From Pseudomonadales bacterium (GTDB taxonomy: Bacteria > Pseudomonadota > Gammaproteobacteria > Pseudomonadales > JAUIET01), in assembly GCA_037969395.1 (NCBI GenBank), contig JBBKXJ010000257.1:10405-74404 (forward strand): DNA of 64,000 bases, read 5' to 3'. How positions within the stretch are numbered: the stretch's first letter is position 1; every line of letters starts with the position of its first letter. Below are positions 1-9,675 of the stretch, one piece after another. The notes under the pieces are model-generated. The model ran no database searches. It had not been told where the DNA came from and saw only the letters and a program-made list of their open reading frames with translations. A program made the position numbers and the translations under genes.

Positions 1-548
1 AGTGTGGTAAGGCGGTCAGAAATGCCACGAATAACCCAAACCAGCGGCTCTACAAACTTTACCCACAGGCGCATTGGGCCAGCTACGATACCAGCGCTGA
101 CCCGCACCGGGTCGGTTACCGAAATGGTTTTAGGGGTGACTTCGCCGAATAGCAGAAGCAGCGGCACCATTACCAACACCGACACCAGGGCGGCACGATC
201 CACGCCGTATAGCGACACCAGAATAGCCGTCATATTGGCCGCAGCGGCTATATTAACCAGCTCGTTACCGCATAAAATAGAGATGATCAGACGCCGTGGC
301 TGGTCCAGCAAGGCATGTAAGGTTTCGGAGTGATGGTGACGCTCGCGGCGCAGTTTCTGCAAATCGAGGCGCGACAGGGAAAATAGCGCCGTCTCGGAGC
401 CGGAGAAATACGCTGAACAACCCAGCAACAACGCTTGTATGCCGAGACGTATGCGCATATCCGTGTCGGCCAGCCGGGACGCATCGAAGGCGAAAAACGC
501 CTTGATCGCCTCCCAGTGCTGCACCAATTCCTGTACCAGAGTCTCCAC
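1..548 (-). CDS. CNNM/DUF21-domain (HlyC/CorC family) membrane protein, N-terminal part; gene runs off the left edge
   Basis: Not in the ORF track because it is edge-truncated. Reverse-strand translation from GTG at 548 reads VETLVQELVQHWEAIK...LLLGCSAYFSGSETALFSLSRLDLQKLRR...ILCGNELVNIAAA, the DUF21 TM-domain signature. AGGAAA lies about 9 nt upstream of the GTG, and an in-frame TAA lies just upstream. Confidence 0.75.
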   Translation of the reverse strand, partial: METLVQELVQHWEAIKAFFAFDASRLADTDMRIRLGIQALLLGCSAYFSGSETALFSLSRLDLQKLRRERHHHSETLHALLDQPRRLIISILCGNELVNIAAAANMTAILVSLYGVDRAALVSVLVMVPLLLLFGEVTPKTISVTDPVRVSAGIVAGPMRLWVKFVEPLVWVIRGISDRLTT

Positions 549-967
549 TGCTTATTTCCTGCGTGCGGTTAGCCGTGCCTCCAAAAGTCTGCGGTATACT
601 TTAACCTACAAACAGTATTGGGACGCGAAAAAGATAGGCACCTCGTGGTTCTGCTCAGCTGCTTAGTGTGCATGGAAGATTTGATTAACTGCCGATCACG
701 TTGGTGGTAATGAGAGCTTTTCAACATTCGGCTGTAAAGGGTGGAAATACCTGCCTGAGTCTAGTGCGGTTTACAGGCTCATCATGTCGCAATGCACTTG
801 CCGATGAAATAAAAGCTGCGGCCAACCGTAACGCTCTGGTTACTTTCGATTACTATGCGTGCCTCGGTCGCCTACCCGGCAATTGATCCGGATAAACTGA
901 CGCGTCGCATAGCAGGTCTGCGGCAACGCCAATGTAATCAGAACCCTGTGTTAAAGGAGAAAAAATT

Positions 968-1648
968 ATGTCATCCACTAATCCACTTGCACGCCTGTTT
1001 GGCAAGTCGCCGTTTACGGCCATGCAGCGTCATATGCGGGTTGTACTGGAATGTGCGCATGAAATTCCGCCATTATTTGAGGCGCTTGCCGCTGGTGACA
1101 GAGCACAGGTGGAGGCCGTTAAAGAACGGATTTTCGAACGCGAAGCCGCAGCAGACTCTATCAAAAACGCCCTTCGCGGCGCACTGCCAAAAAGCCTGTT
1201 TATGCCGGTGGATCGACGTGATCTGCTGGACGTACTGGAAATGCAGGACTCAATTGCCGACACGGCGCAAGACATCGCCGGCCTGCTGGTTGAACGGCCC
1301 ATGGAGCTGCCTGATTTCATGCAGGAAACCATGCTTGCGCTGGCCCGCCGCTGCGTCGATGCCTGCGATCAGTCAGCCAAAATTATCGAAGAGCTGGACG
1401 AACTGGTAGCTATCGGTTTTCGCGGCCGCGAAGCGGCCAGAGTAGCAGAAATGGTCGAGGCTCTGAACCTGATAGAAGACGAAACCGACGAGCTTGGCCT
1501 TGAGTTAACCCGGCGCTTGTTTGAGCACGAAGACGAACTCAAACCGGTGTCGGTCATGATGTGGTATCGCATCATAGAGTGGGTAGGCGACCTTGCGGAC
1601 TACGCGGAAAAAGTAGGCGACCGGCTGCGCCTGCTCATCGCACGTTAG
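968..1648 (+). CDS. DUF47/TIGR00153 family protein (PhoU-like accessory protein of Pit transporters)
   Basis: 226-aa ORF with AGGAG RBS, 52 bp upstream of pitA. Helical PhoU-like sequence ending ...WYRIIEWVGDLADYAEKVGDRLRLL, typical of Pit-associated DUF47 proteins. Confidence 0.85.
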   Translation: MSSTNPLARLFGKSPFTAMQRHMRVVLECAHEIPPLFEALAAGDRAQVEAVKERIFEREAAADSIKNALRGALPKSLFMPVDRRDLLDVLEMQDSIADTAQDIAGLLVERPMELPDFMQETMLALARRCVDACDQSAKIIEELDELVAIGFRGREAARVAEMVEALNLIEDETDELGLELTRRLFEHEDELKPVSVMMWYRIIEWVGDLADYAEKVGDRLRLLIAR

Positions 1649-1700
1649 CTAGTTTGCGACTTAATAACAACAGCAACACCACGTTTAACAGGACAGCTAG

Positions 1701-2966
1701 ATGGAAATCATAAACTCATACGGCACCGTCTTTCTCATTATGGCCATCGTGTTTGGTCTTTATATGACCTGGGGAATAGGCGCCAACGATGTCGCCAACG
1801 CGATGGGTACCTCAGTAGGTTCCGGGGCGATTACGGTCAAACAGGCGATTATCATCGCCGCCATTTTTGAATTTGCCGGCGCTTTTATCGCCGGGGGTAA
1901 TGTCACGTCGACGATTCGCAAGGGCATTGTAGATTCCAGCTCAATTGTCGATGCGCCGGAGATTTTGGTGTACGGCATGCTGGCGTCGCTGCTGGCTGCC
2001 GCTATCTGGTTGATGATCGCGTCGTCGCGTGGCTGGCCGGTTTCTACCACACACACCATCGTTGGCGCGCTGGTCGGCTTTGCGCTGGTCGGGCTTGGGC
2101 CCGAGGCGGTGGAATGGGGCACGGTTGGCCAGATCGTTGCAAGCTGGGTGGTCTCGCCGGTGCTGGGCGGCACCATTGCCTTCCTGCTGATGATGAGCAT
2201 TCGAAAGCTAATACTTAACACCGAAAATCCATTTGCCAGCGCCAAGCGCTGGGGGCCGGCCTATGTTTTTCTGGTTGGATTTATTATTTCTCTGGTAACT
2301 TTATTCAAAGGTTTGAGCCACCTGAACCTGGAACTGTCGGTGGGCGCAAGCTTCATTTCGGCGCTGGTGATTGGCATCGGCGTTGCAGGCATTGGCTGGA
2401 CATTGATTAACCAGGTACAAGTTGACCCTGGTGCCGACCGTGATTTTCACTTTGCCAGTGTGGAAAAAGTGTTCACGCCGATGATGATATTTACTGCTTG
2501 CGCCATGGCGTTTGCACACGGCTCCAACGACGTAGCTAACGGCATCGGTCCACTGGCCGCGGTGGTTAGCATTGTGCAATCCGGTGGTGAGGTGGCACAG
2601 ACATCAGCTCTGCCGCTGTGGATATTGATACTGGGCGGCTTCGGTATCGTCGTCGGCCTGGCAACGCTTGGCTATCGAGTAATGCAAACCATCGGCACGC
2701 GCATTACCGAGCTGACGCCCAGCCGTGGTTACTGCGCGACACTGGCCGCCGCAGCAACGGTAGTGCTGGCGTCGCGCACCGGTTTGCCGGTGTCGACGAC
2801 TCATATAGCCGTCGGCGCGGTGATTGGCGTTGGTCTGGCGCGCGGCATCGGTGCCATTGACCTGCGCGTGATCGGCGGTATCGTCGTTTCCTGGTTTGTC
2901 ACGCTACCCGTCGGTGCCGGTCTGGCGGCGCTGTTTTTCTTTACCTTGAAAGGCATCTTCAGTTAA
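1701..2966 (+). CDS. pitA: inorganic phosphate transporter, PiT family
   Basis: 421-aa polytopic membrane protein. Duplicated PiT signature: GANDVANAMGTSVG in the N-terminal half and GSNDVANGIGP in the C-terminal half. Confidence 0.92.
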   Translation: MEIINSYGTVFLIMAIVFGLYMTWGIGANDVANAMGTSVGSGAITVKQAIIIAAIFEFAGAFIAGGNVTSTIRKGIVDSSSIVDAPEILVYGMLASLLAAAIWLMIASSRGWPVSTTHTIVGALVGFALVGLGPEAVEWGTVGQIVASWVVSPVLGGTIAFLLMMSIRKLILNTENPFASAKRWGPAYVFLVGFIISLVTLFKGLSHLNLELSVGASFISALVIGIGVAGIGWTLINQVQVDPGADRDFHFASVEKVFTPMMIFTACAMAFAHGSNDVANGIGPLAAVVSIVQSGGEVAQTSALPLWILILGGFGIVVGLATLGYRVMQTIGTRITELTPSRGYCATLAAAATVVLASRTGLPVSTTHIAVGAVIGVGLARGIGAIDLRVIGGIVVSWFVTLPVGAGLAALFFFTLKGIFS

Positions 2967-3143
2967 ATTTTTGTTACCATCCAGCGTTAAATTTGATATA
3001 CAAAACGGTCATGTGCGAGCGTTGCAAGTCGTATCCTTTGCGTGCGCGTGCGCGCCGCGCGGCCTGGACCTCAAGTACGAAAAACAGGCACCCTTTTTGA
3101 GTCGCGAGTCGGGCTTGATGGCAGCCCCCAGTTTGCAAGGTGA

Positions 3144-3734
3144 ATGCCCTTGAAAACGGTCGAGGTCGACGACGTCGAATGGGTCAAAGGCATTGCGGTT
3201 CCGCGCGGCGTACATTTCCGTCAAATCATCGTTACCGGTCCACCCTGCAGCGGTAAGTCAACGTTGATTCAAAAGCTGGGCGGCTGGCCCGAAGAAGGCT
3301 ACGTAGACCTCGCGCAACGCGACTGGTGGCGCAGTCGCTGCCTGGCATTCAGGCCGCGTGAAGTGCATTTCGGCATTCCGTTCGAAGGCTTTCGCGAAAG
3401 TCATGCCGTGTTTGACCCCGAATGGCTGGCGGCACCCACCCCGATCAATTTAAAGCTGATACAGATACCCCCCGAAAAACGCTATTTTTTCGATATCGAC
3501 TGGCGGCGCCGCTTTATGTTTGATTTTCAACTGCTGCCAGCCGCGAGACTTTACGCCGTGCGCAAAGCCAGAGCCACTGCGGGAACACACCCAGTAGATA
3601 TAAACCTGAAGAAAAAAGCCGTAGAACGCCAGTGCGCCGTGTATCGGCAGTTAGCCCAGCACTTTAGCCGCTGCGGCATCGGCGTGATTGTACGCACCAG
3701 TTTCGACGGCTTACCGCGCTACGTGGTTGATTAG
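3144..3734 (+). CDS. P-loop NTPase/kinase-like protein of unknown function
   Basis: 196-aa ORF with ATG preceded by AAGGTGA. Walker A is GPPCSGKST. I recognise no further family. The 3' end overlaps the convergent phosphoesterase gene by 24 bp. Confidence 0.6.
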   Translation: MPLKTVEVDDVEWVKGIAVPRGVHFRQIIVTGPPCSGKSTLIQKLGGWPEEGYVDLAQRDWWRSRCLAFRPREVHFGIPFEGFRESHAVFDPEWLAAPTPINLKLIQIPPEKRYFFDIDWRRRFMFDFQLLPAARLYAVRKARATAGTHPVDINLKKKAVERQCAVYRQLAQHFSRCGIGVIVRTSFDGLPRYVVD

Positions 3735-5219
3735 CCCGCGGTCGGTAACGCATGCCTGCCGCTCGTGCGCTGCAAACTCGGCTGCAGAGGGCTGCTCGTT
3801 CAGCCACTCCAGCAGCGCTTCGGTCGGATAAGTTTGCGGCACCATGGTGCCGTCGATGCGAGTAAACAGGCCTACCTGGTTGGCCCGGCAGCTCATGACT
3901 ACGTGATGGTGCTGAGTGTTATCAACGTCCAGCCACAGCGTTCCTTCTTGCGAGCGCGGGTAATGACCCACGATAAACGGTGTATCAGCATCAACCTGCA
4001 GACTCTTACGAAAACGGCGCACATCACCGCTGCTATAGCCAGCGGGGAAACGCGTGCTGCGTGCCCGGTTCCAGGTAATTTCGTGCACCAGGTCGGGAAA
4101 TTGTCTGGCGTTAATCAGCATCTCCAGCGAACACTTACTGCGCATTGGCCCGGCGTGGCAGGCAATAAAGTCAGGCGTTACCACCGCCAAAGGCGATTGC
4201 CGATAAAATAGCTCCAGCGCGGCGCGGTATGCTTCACCACGGGTTTTAACAACGTGTTTCTCCCATAACAGGCCCTGCGGCACGCCCAGCTTCATCAGGT
4301 CATGCGAAAAGCTGTCATGGTTGCCTATAATATAGAATACTTGCCGGGGAAAGCGCAGCTTGAGCTTGAAAATAAGATCCATGATCAATAAAGAAGTGTG
4401 CATCGATTCGGCGCATTCGGGCCGCTCGGAATGCACTGCGTCACCGAGTATAACCAGCGCCGCCGTGCCCTCTTGCAAGCTTTCCAAAAACGAATTTTCA
4501 CTCAGAATTTTCAGCAGGTTATCAACTTCGGCATGCAGGTCGCCTAACACAATAGGCGTTAGCTGCTCGGGCAATGCAACCACAGCACCGGGATTGCCGA
4601 AGTCATCCTGCGCGCGCCGCGCATCATGCTCTAACAGTTGGTTAACCTCGGTAATGGTCTGCAGCGCTGCCTCGGCTGACAGCGGCTGTAGCGGACCGCC
4701 GAATATTTCTTTTACCTGTAGCAAGGATTGGGCCCGCTGGCCGTCTAATTGTGTCCTGCGTGGCTGATGATCGATCAAAGTCACGTAAGTGCCCAGTTCC
4801 GAAATTGGGTCACGAAATACCAGCGCGTCGCCGCTGTGACTCACCGAAAAATGACGCCGAAAAGCTTCCCGAGGCGAACTGAATACGTATTGCTGATACG
4901 CCACATCGCTATCGATGCCAAGTGTAGTATTCGGCGTCAGCCGCTGAAAATGGGCGATGCCGTGACCGTAGCGCTGCGGGTCAAACAGAATAAAATCATA
5001 CGCTGTCTGATCAGTGCCAGAGCCCGGGCGCGGGTCAGGCTGAAGATGCAGAATCTGCTTGCCCAGTTCGACTTCAAAGGTCGGAAAACCCATGATGGGA
5101 ATGCGTATTTCTCTGCCAGAAAGACGCAACTTTTGCGCCAGTTCGGGCACAACGGTCTCACATTCTGGCCGAAAATAACCTTGGATGTTTTTCCAGATTG
5201 ATTGCTTGTTGGTATCCAT
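3711..5219 (-). CDS. PPP-family (calcineurin-like) metallophosphoesterase with N-terminal FHA-like region
   Basis: Metallophosphatase motifs in order: GDLHAE, LGDAVHSE, GNHD, CHAGP, VGHYP. The N-terminal part has an FHA-like pattern (TTLGID...RRHFSVSHSGDALVFRDPISELGTYV). I prefer the start at MDTNKQ (5219, AGGA 7 nt upstream) over the longest ORF start at 5309. Confidence 0.75.
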   Translation of the reverse strand: MDTNKQSIWKNIQGYFRPECETVVPELAQKLRLSGREIRIPIMGFPTFEVELGKQILHLQPDPRPGSGTDQTAYDFILFDPQRYGHGIAHFQRLTPNTTLGIDSDVAYQQYVFSSPREAFRRHFSVSHSGDALVFRDPISELGTYVTLIDHQPRRTQLDGQRAQSLLQVKEIFGGPLQPLSAEAALQTITEVNQLLEHDARRAQDDFGNPGAVVALPEQLTPIVLGDLHAEVDNLLKILSENSFLESLQEGTAALVILGDAVHSERPECAESMHTSLLIMDLIFKLKLRFPRQVFYIIGNHDSFSHDLMKLGVPQGLLWEKHVVKTRGEAYRAALELFYRQSPLAVVTPDFIACHAGPMRSKCSLEMLINARQFPDLVHEITWNRARSTRFPAGYSSGDVRRFRKSLQVDADTPFIVGHYPRSQEGTLWLDVDNTQHHHVVMSCRANQVGLFTRIDGTMVPQTYPTEALLEWLNEQPSAAEFAAHERQACVTDRGLINHVAR

Positions 5220-5480
5220 TGCGGGTCCTGGAACTGGATCACTGCGAACACTATATATCAGTGCAGCGGCTGGATAACAGCTTTTTTCGCCCACTCGGGG
5301 CAGCACCACTCAGCCACTGTTACACTAACGCACGTGCCAATTGATCCAGATCAAGTTACGTTTGAATTAGCCTGGCAATAGCGCGACAAAGACTATTTAA
5401 TATTCAAAGAGATCGCTACGCACGCTGGTGAGAATTATAGCGACCCGGCCCTTCAATCGAAGCATACAGGACGGTACATA

Positions 5481-7766
5481 ATGGAAAAGGCTGAACTCAA
5501 GACTTCACAGCCGAAGCACACTAATAAGTCAGCGGTTACTACTGCGGTGGCAGAAAAGACCGTCGAGTCGCCTGCTGCGCAGACGAATTCTGCGTCCGGC
5601 GAGCAGCCGGCGCACGCTGAAAAATTTGACCTCGATGCGCCGGAGCTGTATCTAAACCGTGAGCTGACCTGGCTGGAGTTCAATCGCCGGGTACTGCATA
5701 TGGGTGCCAACGAGCAGACACCGCTGCTGGAGCGAGTCAAATTTCTCGCTATCATCAGCAACAATCTTGACGAATTTTTTATGAAACGCGTCGGCGGTTT
5801 AAAGCAGCAAATTGCCGCTGGCATCCGCACTCCTACTGTCGACGGTCGCACAGCGCAGGAACAGTTGGCGGCATGCCAGGCGACAGTACGCGATTTGCAC
5901 GAGGAACAAAACCGTGTATTTCGCGAACTGCTGGGCTTGCTCGAAGCGCAGGATATTCGACTTACCCGTTACACCGATCTGCAACCGACAGAACAGGAGA
6001 CGCTGCGCGCCCACTTTATAACCAATATTTTTCCATTGCTTACCCCATTGGCGATGGACCCGGGACATCCGTTTCCGTTCATCTCCAATCTCACTCTGAA
6101 CTTACTGGTAACGCTGCGCTATCCCGGTGGCAGCAAAAACTACACAGCAAGGGTAAAAGTGCCGGTGTCGAAAGACGTTGCGCCGCGCTTTCTGCAAGTT
6201 GGCGACAGCCACACTTTCGTCACCCTTAACGACGTGATCACCGCTAACCTCGACCTGCTGTTTCCCGGCATGGAAATCGTGTCCTGCGAGCTGTTTCGGG
6301 TAACTCGCAACGCGATTGTGGAGGTTGAGGAAGAAGAGGCCGACGACTTGCTGGAAATGATCGAATCGGAACTGCGCGACCGCCACTTCGCCCCCATTGT
6401 ACGCCTGCAGGTTGAAACCGGTATGAGCCCGGAGCATCGCGGTATGCTCGCGGCCGAACTTGGCCTGAACGAAGACGCCGATGTGTTCGATGCCGAATCA
6501 TTGATGGCAATGCGCGATTTGTTCGAGATAGCCGAGCTGGACATTGCCGCGCTGCACGACGCGCCGCACACCCCCATCGACCATACTCGGCTGGCCCACG
6601 ATTCGCGTAATATTTTTCACATCATAAGAGAACGCGGGGCGCTGCTGCTGCAGCATCCGTATGAGTCTTTCAGCAGCAGCGTGGAACGCTTTCTGCGTAC
6701 CGCCAGCGAAGACCCCAAAGTGCTTGCTATCAAGATGACCTTGTACCGAACATCCGAGAAAAGCGACATTATTCAATCGCTGGTTGAGGCGGCGCGCAAT
6801 GGCAAGCAGGTGGCGGTGCTGGTCGAATTAAAAGCCCGCTTCGACGAAGCCGCCAACATCCGCTGGGCACGGCGGCTGGAACGGGCCGGCATTCATGTCA
6901 CCTACGGTGTGATCGGCCTTAAAACCCACAGCAAAGTCATTCTGGTAGTACGCAAGGACTATAGCGGGCTGCAACGCTACGCCCACATTGGCACCGGTAA
7001 TTACCATGTGGGCACCGCCAGTATGTACTGTGACCTGGGTATGCTGACTAACGATGCAGCTATTACGCAAGATCTGACCGAGCTGTTTAACTCCCTGACA
7101 GGCTACTCCCCTCCGCAGCGCTATCGCAAACTACTGACCGCCCCCTTCACCCTCAAAAAGGCATTGATAGAGAAAATCGACCGCGAGATCAAGCTGCACT
7201 CTGCGAATTCGCCTGGTCTTATCCAGCTAAAAATGAACGCGCTTGAGGATGTCGATATTACCAAAGCGCTGTATCGTGCTGCCGAGGCGGGAGTACCGGT
7301 CGATCTTATCGTGCGCGACACCTGTCGACTGCGACCGGGTATTGCAGGCCTGACAGACAGCGTGCGAGTTATTAGCGTTGTCGGGCGTTTCCTCGAGCAT
7401 GCACGCATCTACTATTTCAAAAATGACGGCGCTGAAGAATACTACATTGGCTCGGCCGACCTGATGAGCCGCAACCTGGAAAGCCGTGTGGAAGTGGTCG
7501 CCCCGGTGGAGAATGACAAGCTCCAACAAGAGCTGCGCTTAATACTCGATGTACAACTTTCCAGCCAAACTAACGTCTGGGAAATGCAGTCTGATGGCAG
7601 CTACAAGGAGCGCCATGCAGCCGAAGGTAAAAAATCGCTTAGCCCGCAGGAAACTTTCATCGAGCTGGCGCAAAAGCGGATGACGGCAGCGAGTAAACAT
7701 CGCCAGTCGAAACTGCGTAAGAAATTGCTTAGCCATTTTCACAATCGTCTGAAAAGCAGCAGCTAA
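5481..7766 (+). CDS. ppk1: polyphosphate kinase 1
   Basis: 761 aa. PPK1 N-domain motif ELYLNRELTWLEFNRRVL. Two PLD-like C-terminal domains (GLKTHSKVILVVR..., FLEHARIYYF). Confidence 0.95.
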   Translation: MEKAELKTSQPKHTNKSAVTTAVAEKTVESPAAQTNSASGEQPAHAEKFDLDAPELYLNRELTWLEFNRRVLHMGANEQTPLLERVKFLAIISNNLDEFFMKRVGGLKQQIAAGIRTPTVDGRTAQEQLAACQATVRDLHEEQNRVFRELLGLLEAQDIRLTRYTDLQPTEQETLRAHFITNIFPLLTPLAMDPGHPFPFISNLTLNLLVTLRYPGGSKNYTARVKVPVSKDVAPRFLQVGDSHTFVTLNDVITANLDLLFPGMEIVSCELFRVTRNAIVEVEEEEADDLLEMIESELRDRHFAPIVRLQVETGMSPEHRGMLAAELGLNEDADVFDAESLMAMRDLFEIAELDIAALHDAPHTPIDHTRLAHDSRNIFHIIRERGALLLQHPYESFSSSVERFLRTASEDPKVLAIKMTLYRTSEKSDIIQSLVEAARNGKQVAVLVELKARFDEAANIRWARRLERAGIHVTYGVIGLKTHSKVILVVRKDYSGLQRYAHIGTGNYHVGTASMYCDLGMLTNDAAITQDLTELFNSLTGYSPPQRYRKLLTAPFTLKKALIEKIDREIKLHSANSPGLIQLKMNALEDVDITKALYRAAEAGVPVDLIVRDTCRLRPGIAGLTDSVRVISVVGRFLEHARIYYFKNDGAEEYYIGSADLMSRNLESRVEVVAPVENDKLQQELRLILDVQLSSQTNVWEMQSDGSYKERHAAEGKKSLSPQETFIELAQKRMTAASKHRQSKLRKKLLSHFHNRLKSSS

Positions 7767-8034
7767 CCGCTGCTGTTAGATGCCACAGCCAGATAACAGC
7801 ACGAGCTTTGCTCGCGATAACTATGCTGCGCCAACAAAGTTCACCGGTGTGGTAGCAACAGGCGAACAGGCCTGAGAGCAACAGCAGGACGACGAACTCG
7901 CTGCTGTAGCTAGCTGGCATCGCTGGCTCGAATGCCTTGTACGATAGGGTTATAATAACTGGGCGACGCAGTTGCCCGAAATTTCCCTGGCGACTGCCCA
8001 ACATGTCCCTTGCACCAGCATGCCTCAGGCATTA

Positions 8035-9675
8035 ATGAAATCGACAATAATGGCAACAGTCTCTGCGGCACGACGTGCAAAGCAAACAGTCTCAACAGAA
8101 TTTTTAATTCCCGGCCAGCTCAGCGCCGATCAGATACTGGCGCAGCTGGTACAACACGTTCGCCTGAGCGCCGAGCCGGCACGCACCGTACGCCGCACCT
8201 TTTACGATACCTTTGATTGGCGGCTGTATGCTAACGACGTCATTATTGAAGATCGGCAAGACGGTAAACAACGAACACTGCTGTGGCATAGCCTCAGTAT
8301 TGGCAATAAAGGTAACAACGGTGGGCAGACTGTCTCTGCTGCTCCGCTTCGATTTGCAAAAGATTTGCCCGCCAGCCAATTTCGCGACCGGCTTGAAGCG
8401 ATAATCGAAATGCGCGAGCTGATGCCGCTACTGCAGATTACCGCGCAAGTGCGCTGGCTGCGAGTGCTGGACAAAATCGACAAAACAGTCGCGCGCCTGG
8501 TGATTGAAACAAGTACCGTTCGCCGCCGTCAGGGTAGCAAAGCTCACCCGTTGCCCGACCGAGTCGTCGTCATGCCGGTGAAGGGCTACCAGAAACCGAG
8601 CGTAAAAATAGTATCTCTGCTGGCAGCGATGGATCTCGCAACCACTAGCGAAGACGTCGTGTTAACGTCGCTCGCACTGGTCGGCCACACGCCTGGCGAT
8701 TATTCCTCAAGGCTTGACCTGCAACTGGACCCGTCAATGCGCTCTGATCAGGCAGTGCGCAACATAATGCAGCGCCTGCTGGATGTTATGCTCGCCAATG
8801 AGAACGGCACGCGGAAAGGAACCGACACGGAATTTCTGCACGATTTTCGGGTGGCAATACGTCGCACCCGGTCCGCACTGAGTCAGATAAAGGGCGTGAT
8901 GCCGGAGCGCACGCTTAATCGCTACAAACAGGAATTCGCCTGGCTGGGCCAGGTCACCAGCCCGCTACGCGACCTTGACGTATACCTGCTCAGTTTTGAT
9001 GACTATCGCGACAGCCTGCCAGAATCAGAGCGCGCCAATATAGAGCCGCTGCGAGATTTTCTTTTGCGCCAACAGCAACGCGAGCACAACGCGCTGAAGA
9101 AATCGCTGGGGTCAGCCCGCTATCGTCGCCTGATGCAGGACTGGCGCAAATTTCTCAAGCAATCGGTGAACAAAAACTCCACGCTGAAAAACGGCAGCCG
9201 GCCTATCTTCGACCTCGCCCGGGAACGCATCTGGAAAACATATCGACGCGTCATCAGGGAAGGGGAAGCAATTGACGCCGGCAGTCCGGCTGAGGCGTTG
9301 CACGATCTGCGCAAAAACTGTAAAAAATTGCGCTATTTAATCGAGTTTTTTCAAAGCCTGTTTGCTGCGAAGAAAATAAAGACGCTACTAAAAACGCTTA
9401 AATCTCTGCAAGAGAACCTGGGCGATTTTCAGGACTACGAGGTGCAGGTGACGACATTAAAACAATTCAGCCAACGCATGGTGGCGGAGGAGGCAGCGCC
9501 TACCGAAACGCTGCTGGCGATGGGCATGCTGATTGAAGGACTGGAACGGCGCCAACAGCAGGCTCGGGATGAATTCAGTGATCGCTTCAAGCAGTTTGCA
9601 CAGGCAGACAACCGTGCGCGCTTCCAAAATCTGTTTGCGCTACCTGCGGTTATAAATAAGGATGGCAAGGCGTGA
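8035..9675 (+). CDS. CYTH-like and CHAD domain-containing protein
   Basis: The C-terminal half carries the CHAD pattern (FLHDFRVAIRRTRSALSQIKG, LHDLRKNCKKLRYLIEFF). The N-terminal half looks like a CYTH beta-barrel (RRTFYDTFDWRLY...) but I see no clear ExExK motif. The start is placed at MKSTIM (8035); the longest ORF begins at 7972. Confidence 0.8.
   Translation: MKSTIMATVSAARRAKQTVSTEFLIPGQLSADQILAQLVQHVRLSAEPARTVRRTFYDTFDWRLYANDVIIEDRQDGKQRTLLWHSLSIGNKGNNGGQTVSAAPLRFAKDLPASQFRDRLEAIIEMRELMPLLQITAQVRWLRVLDKIDKTVARLVIETSTVRRRQGSKAHPLPDRVVVMPVKGYQKPSVKIVSLLAAMDLATTSEDVVLTSLALVGHTPGDYSSRLDLQLDPSMRSDQAVRNIMQRLLDVMLANENGTRKGTDTEFLHDFRVAIRRTRSALSQIKGVMPERTLNRYKQEFAWLGQVTSPLRDLDVYLLSFDDYRDSLPESERANIEPLRDFLLRQQQREHNALKKSLGSARYRRLMQDWRKFLKQSVNKNSTLKNGSRPIFDLARERIWKTYRRVIREGEAIDAGSPAEALHDLRKNCKKLRYLIEFFQSLFAAKKIKTLLKTLKSLQENLGDFQDYEVQVTTLKQFSQRMVAEEAAPTETLLAMGMLIEGLERRQQQARDEFSDRFKQFAQADNRARFQNLFALPAVINKDGKA

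Noticed and set aside
1760-2245. Many long ORFs antisense to or out of frame with clear genes. Examples are 1760-2245 (-), 4360-4767 (+), 5453-5851 (-), 24357-24848 (-), 47227-47739 (-) and 50104-50637 (-).
   Set aside because: They lie wholly inside well-supported CDSs on the other strand or frame. Their products are Arg/Ser/Ala-rich with low complexity and no motifs or RBSs. These are typical shadow ORFs of GC-rich coding DNA.
3039-3062. Alternating purine-pyrimidine tract (tgcgtgcgcgtgcgcgc then cgcgcg) between pitA and the P-loop gene, as potential Z-DNA or a regulatory element.
   Set aside because: It is short, with no dyad partner or adjacent promoter-like elements. Such tracts occur by chance in GC-rich DNA and I cannot support a function.
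5220-5480. Pho boxes in the ppk1/phosphoesterase divergent region, and also upstream of DUF47-pitA (700-967).
   Set aside because: I found only a half-site-like CTGTTAC with a poor second repeat. Nothing is close to the CTGTCAT-N4-CTGTCAT consensus on reading by eye, and a matrix scan would be needed.
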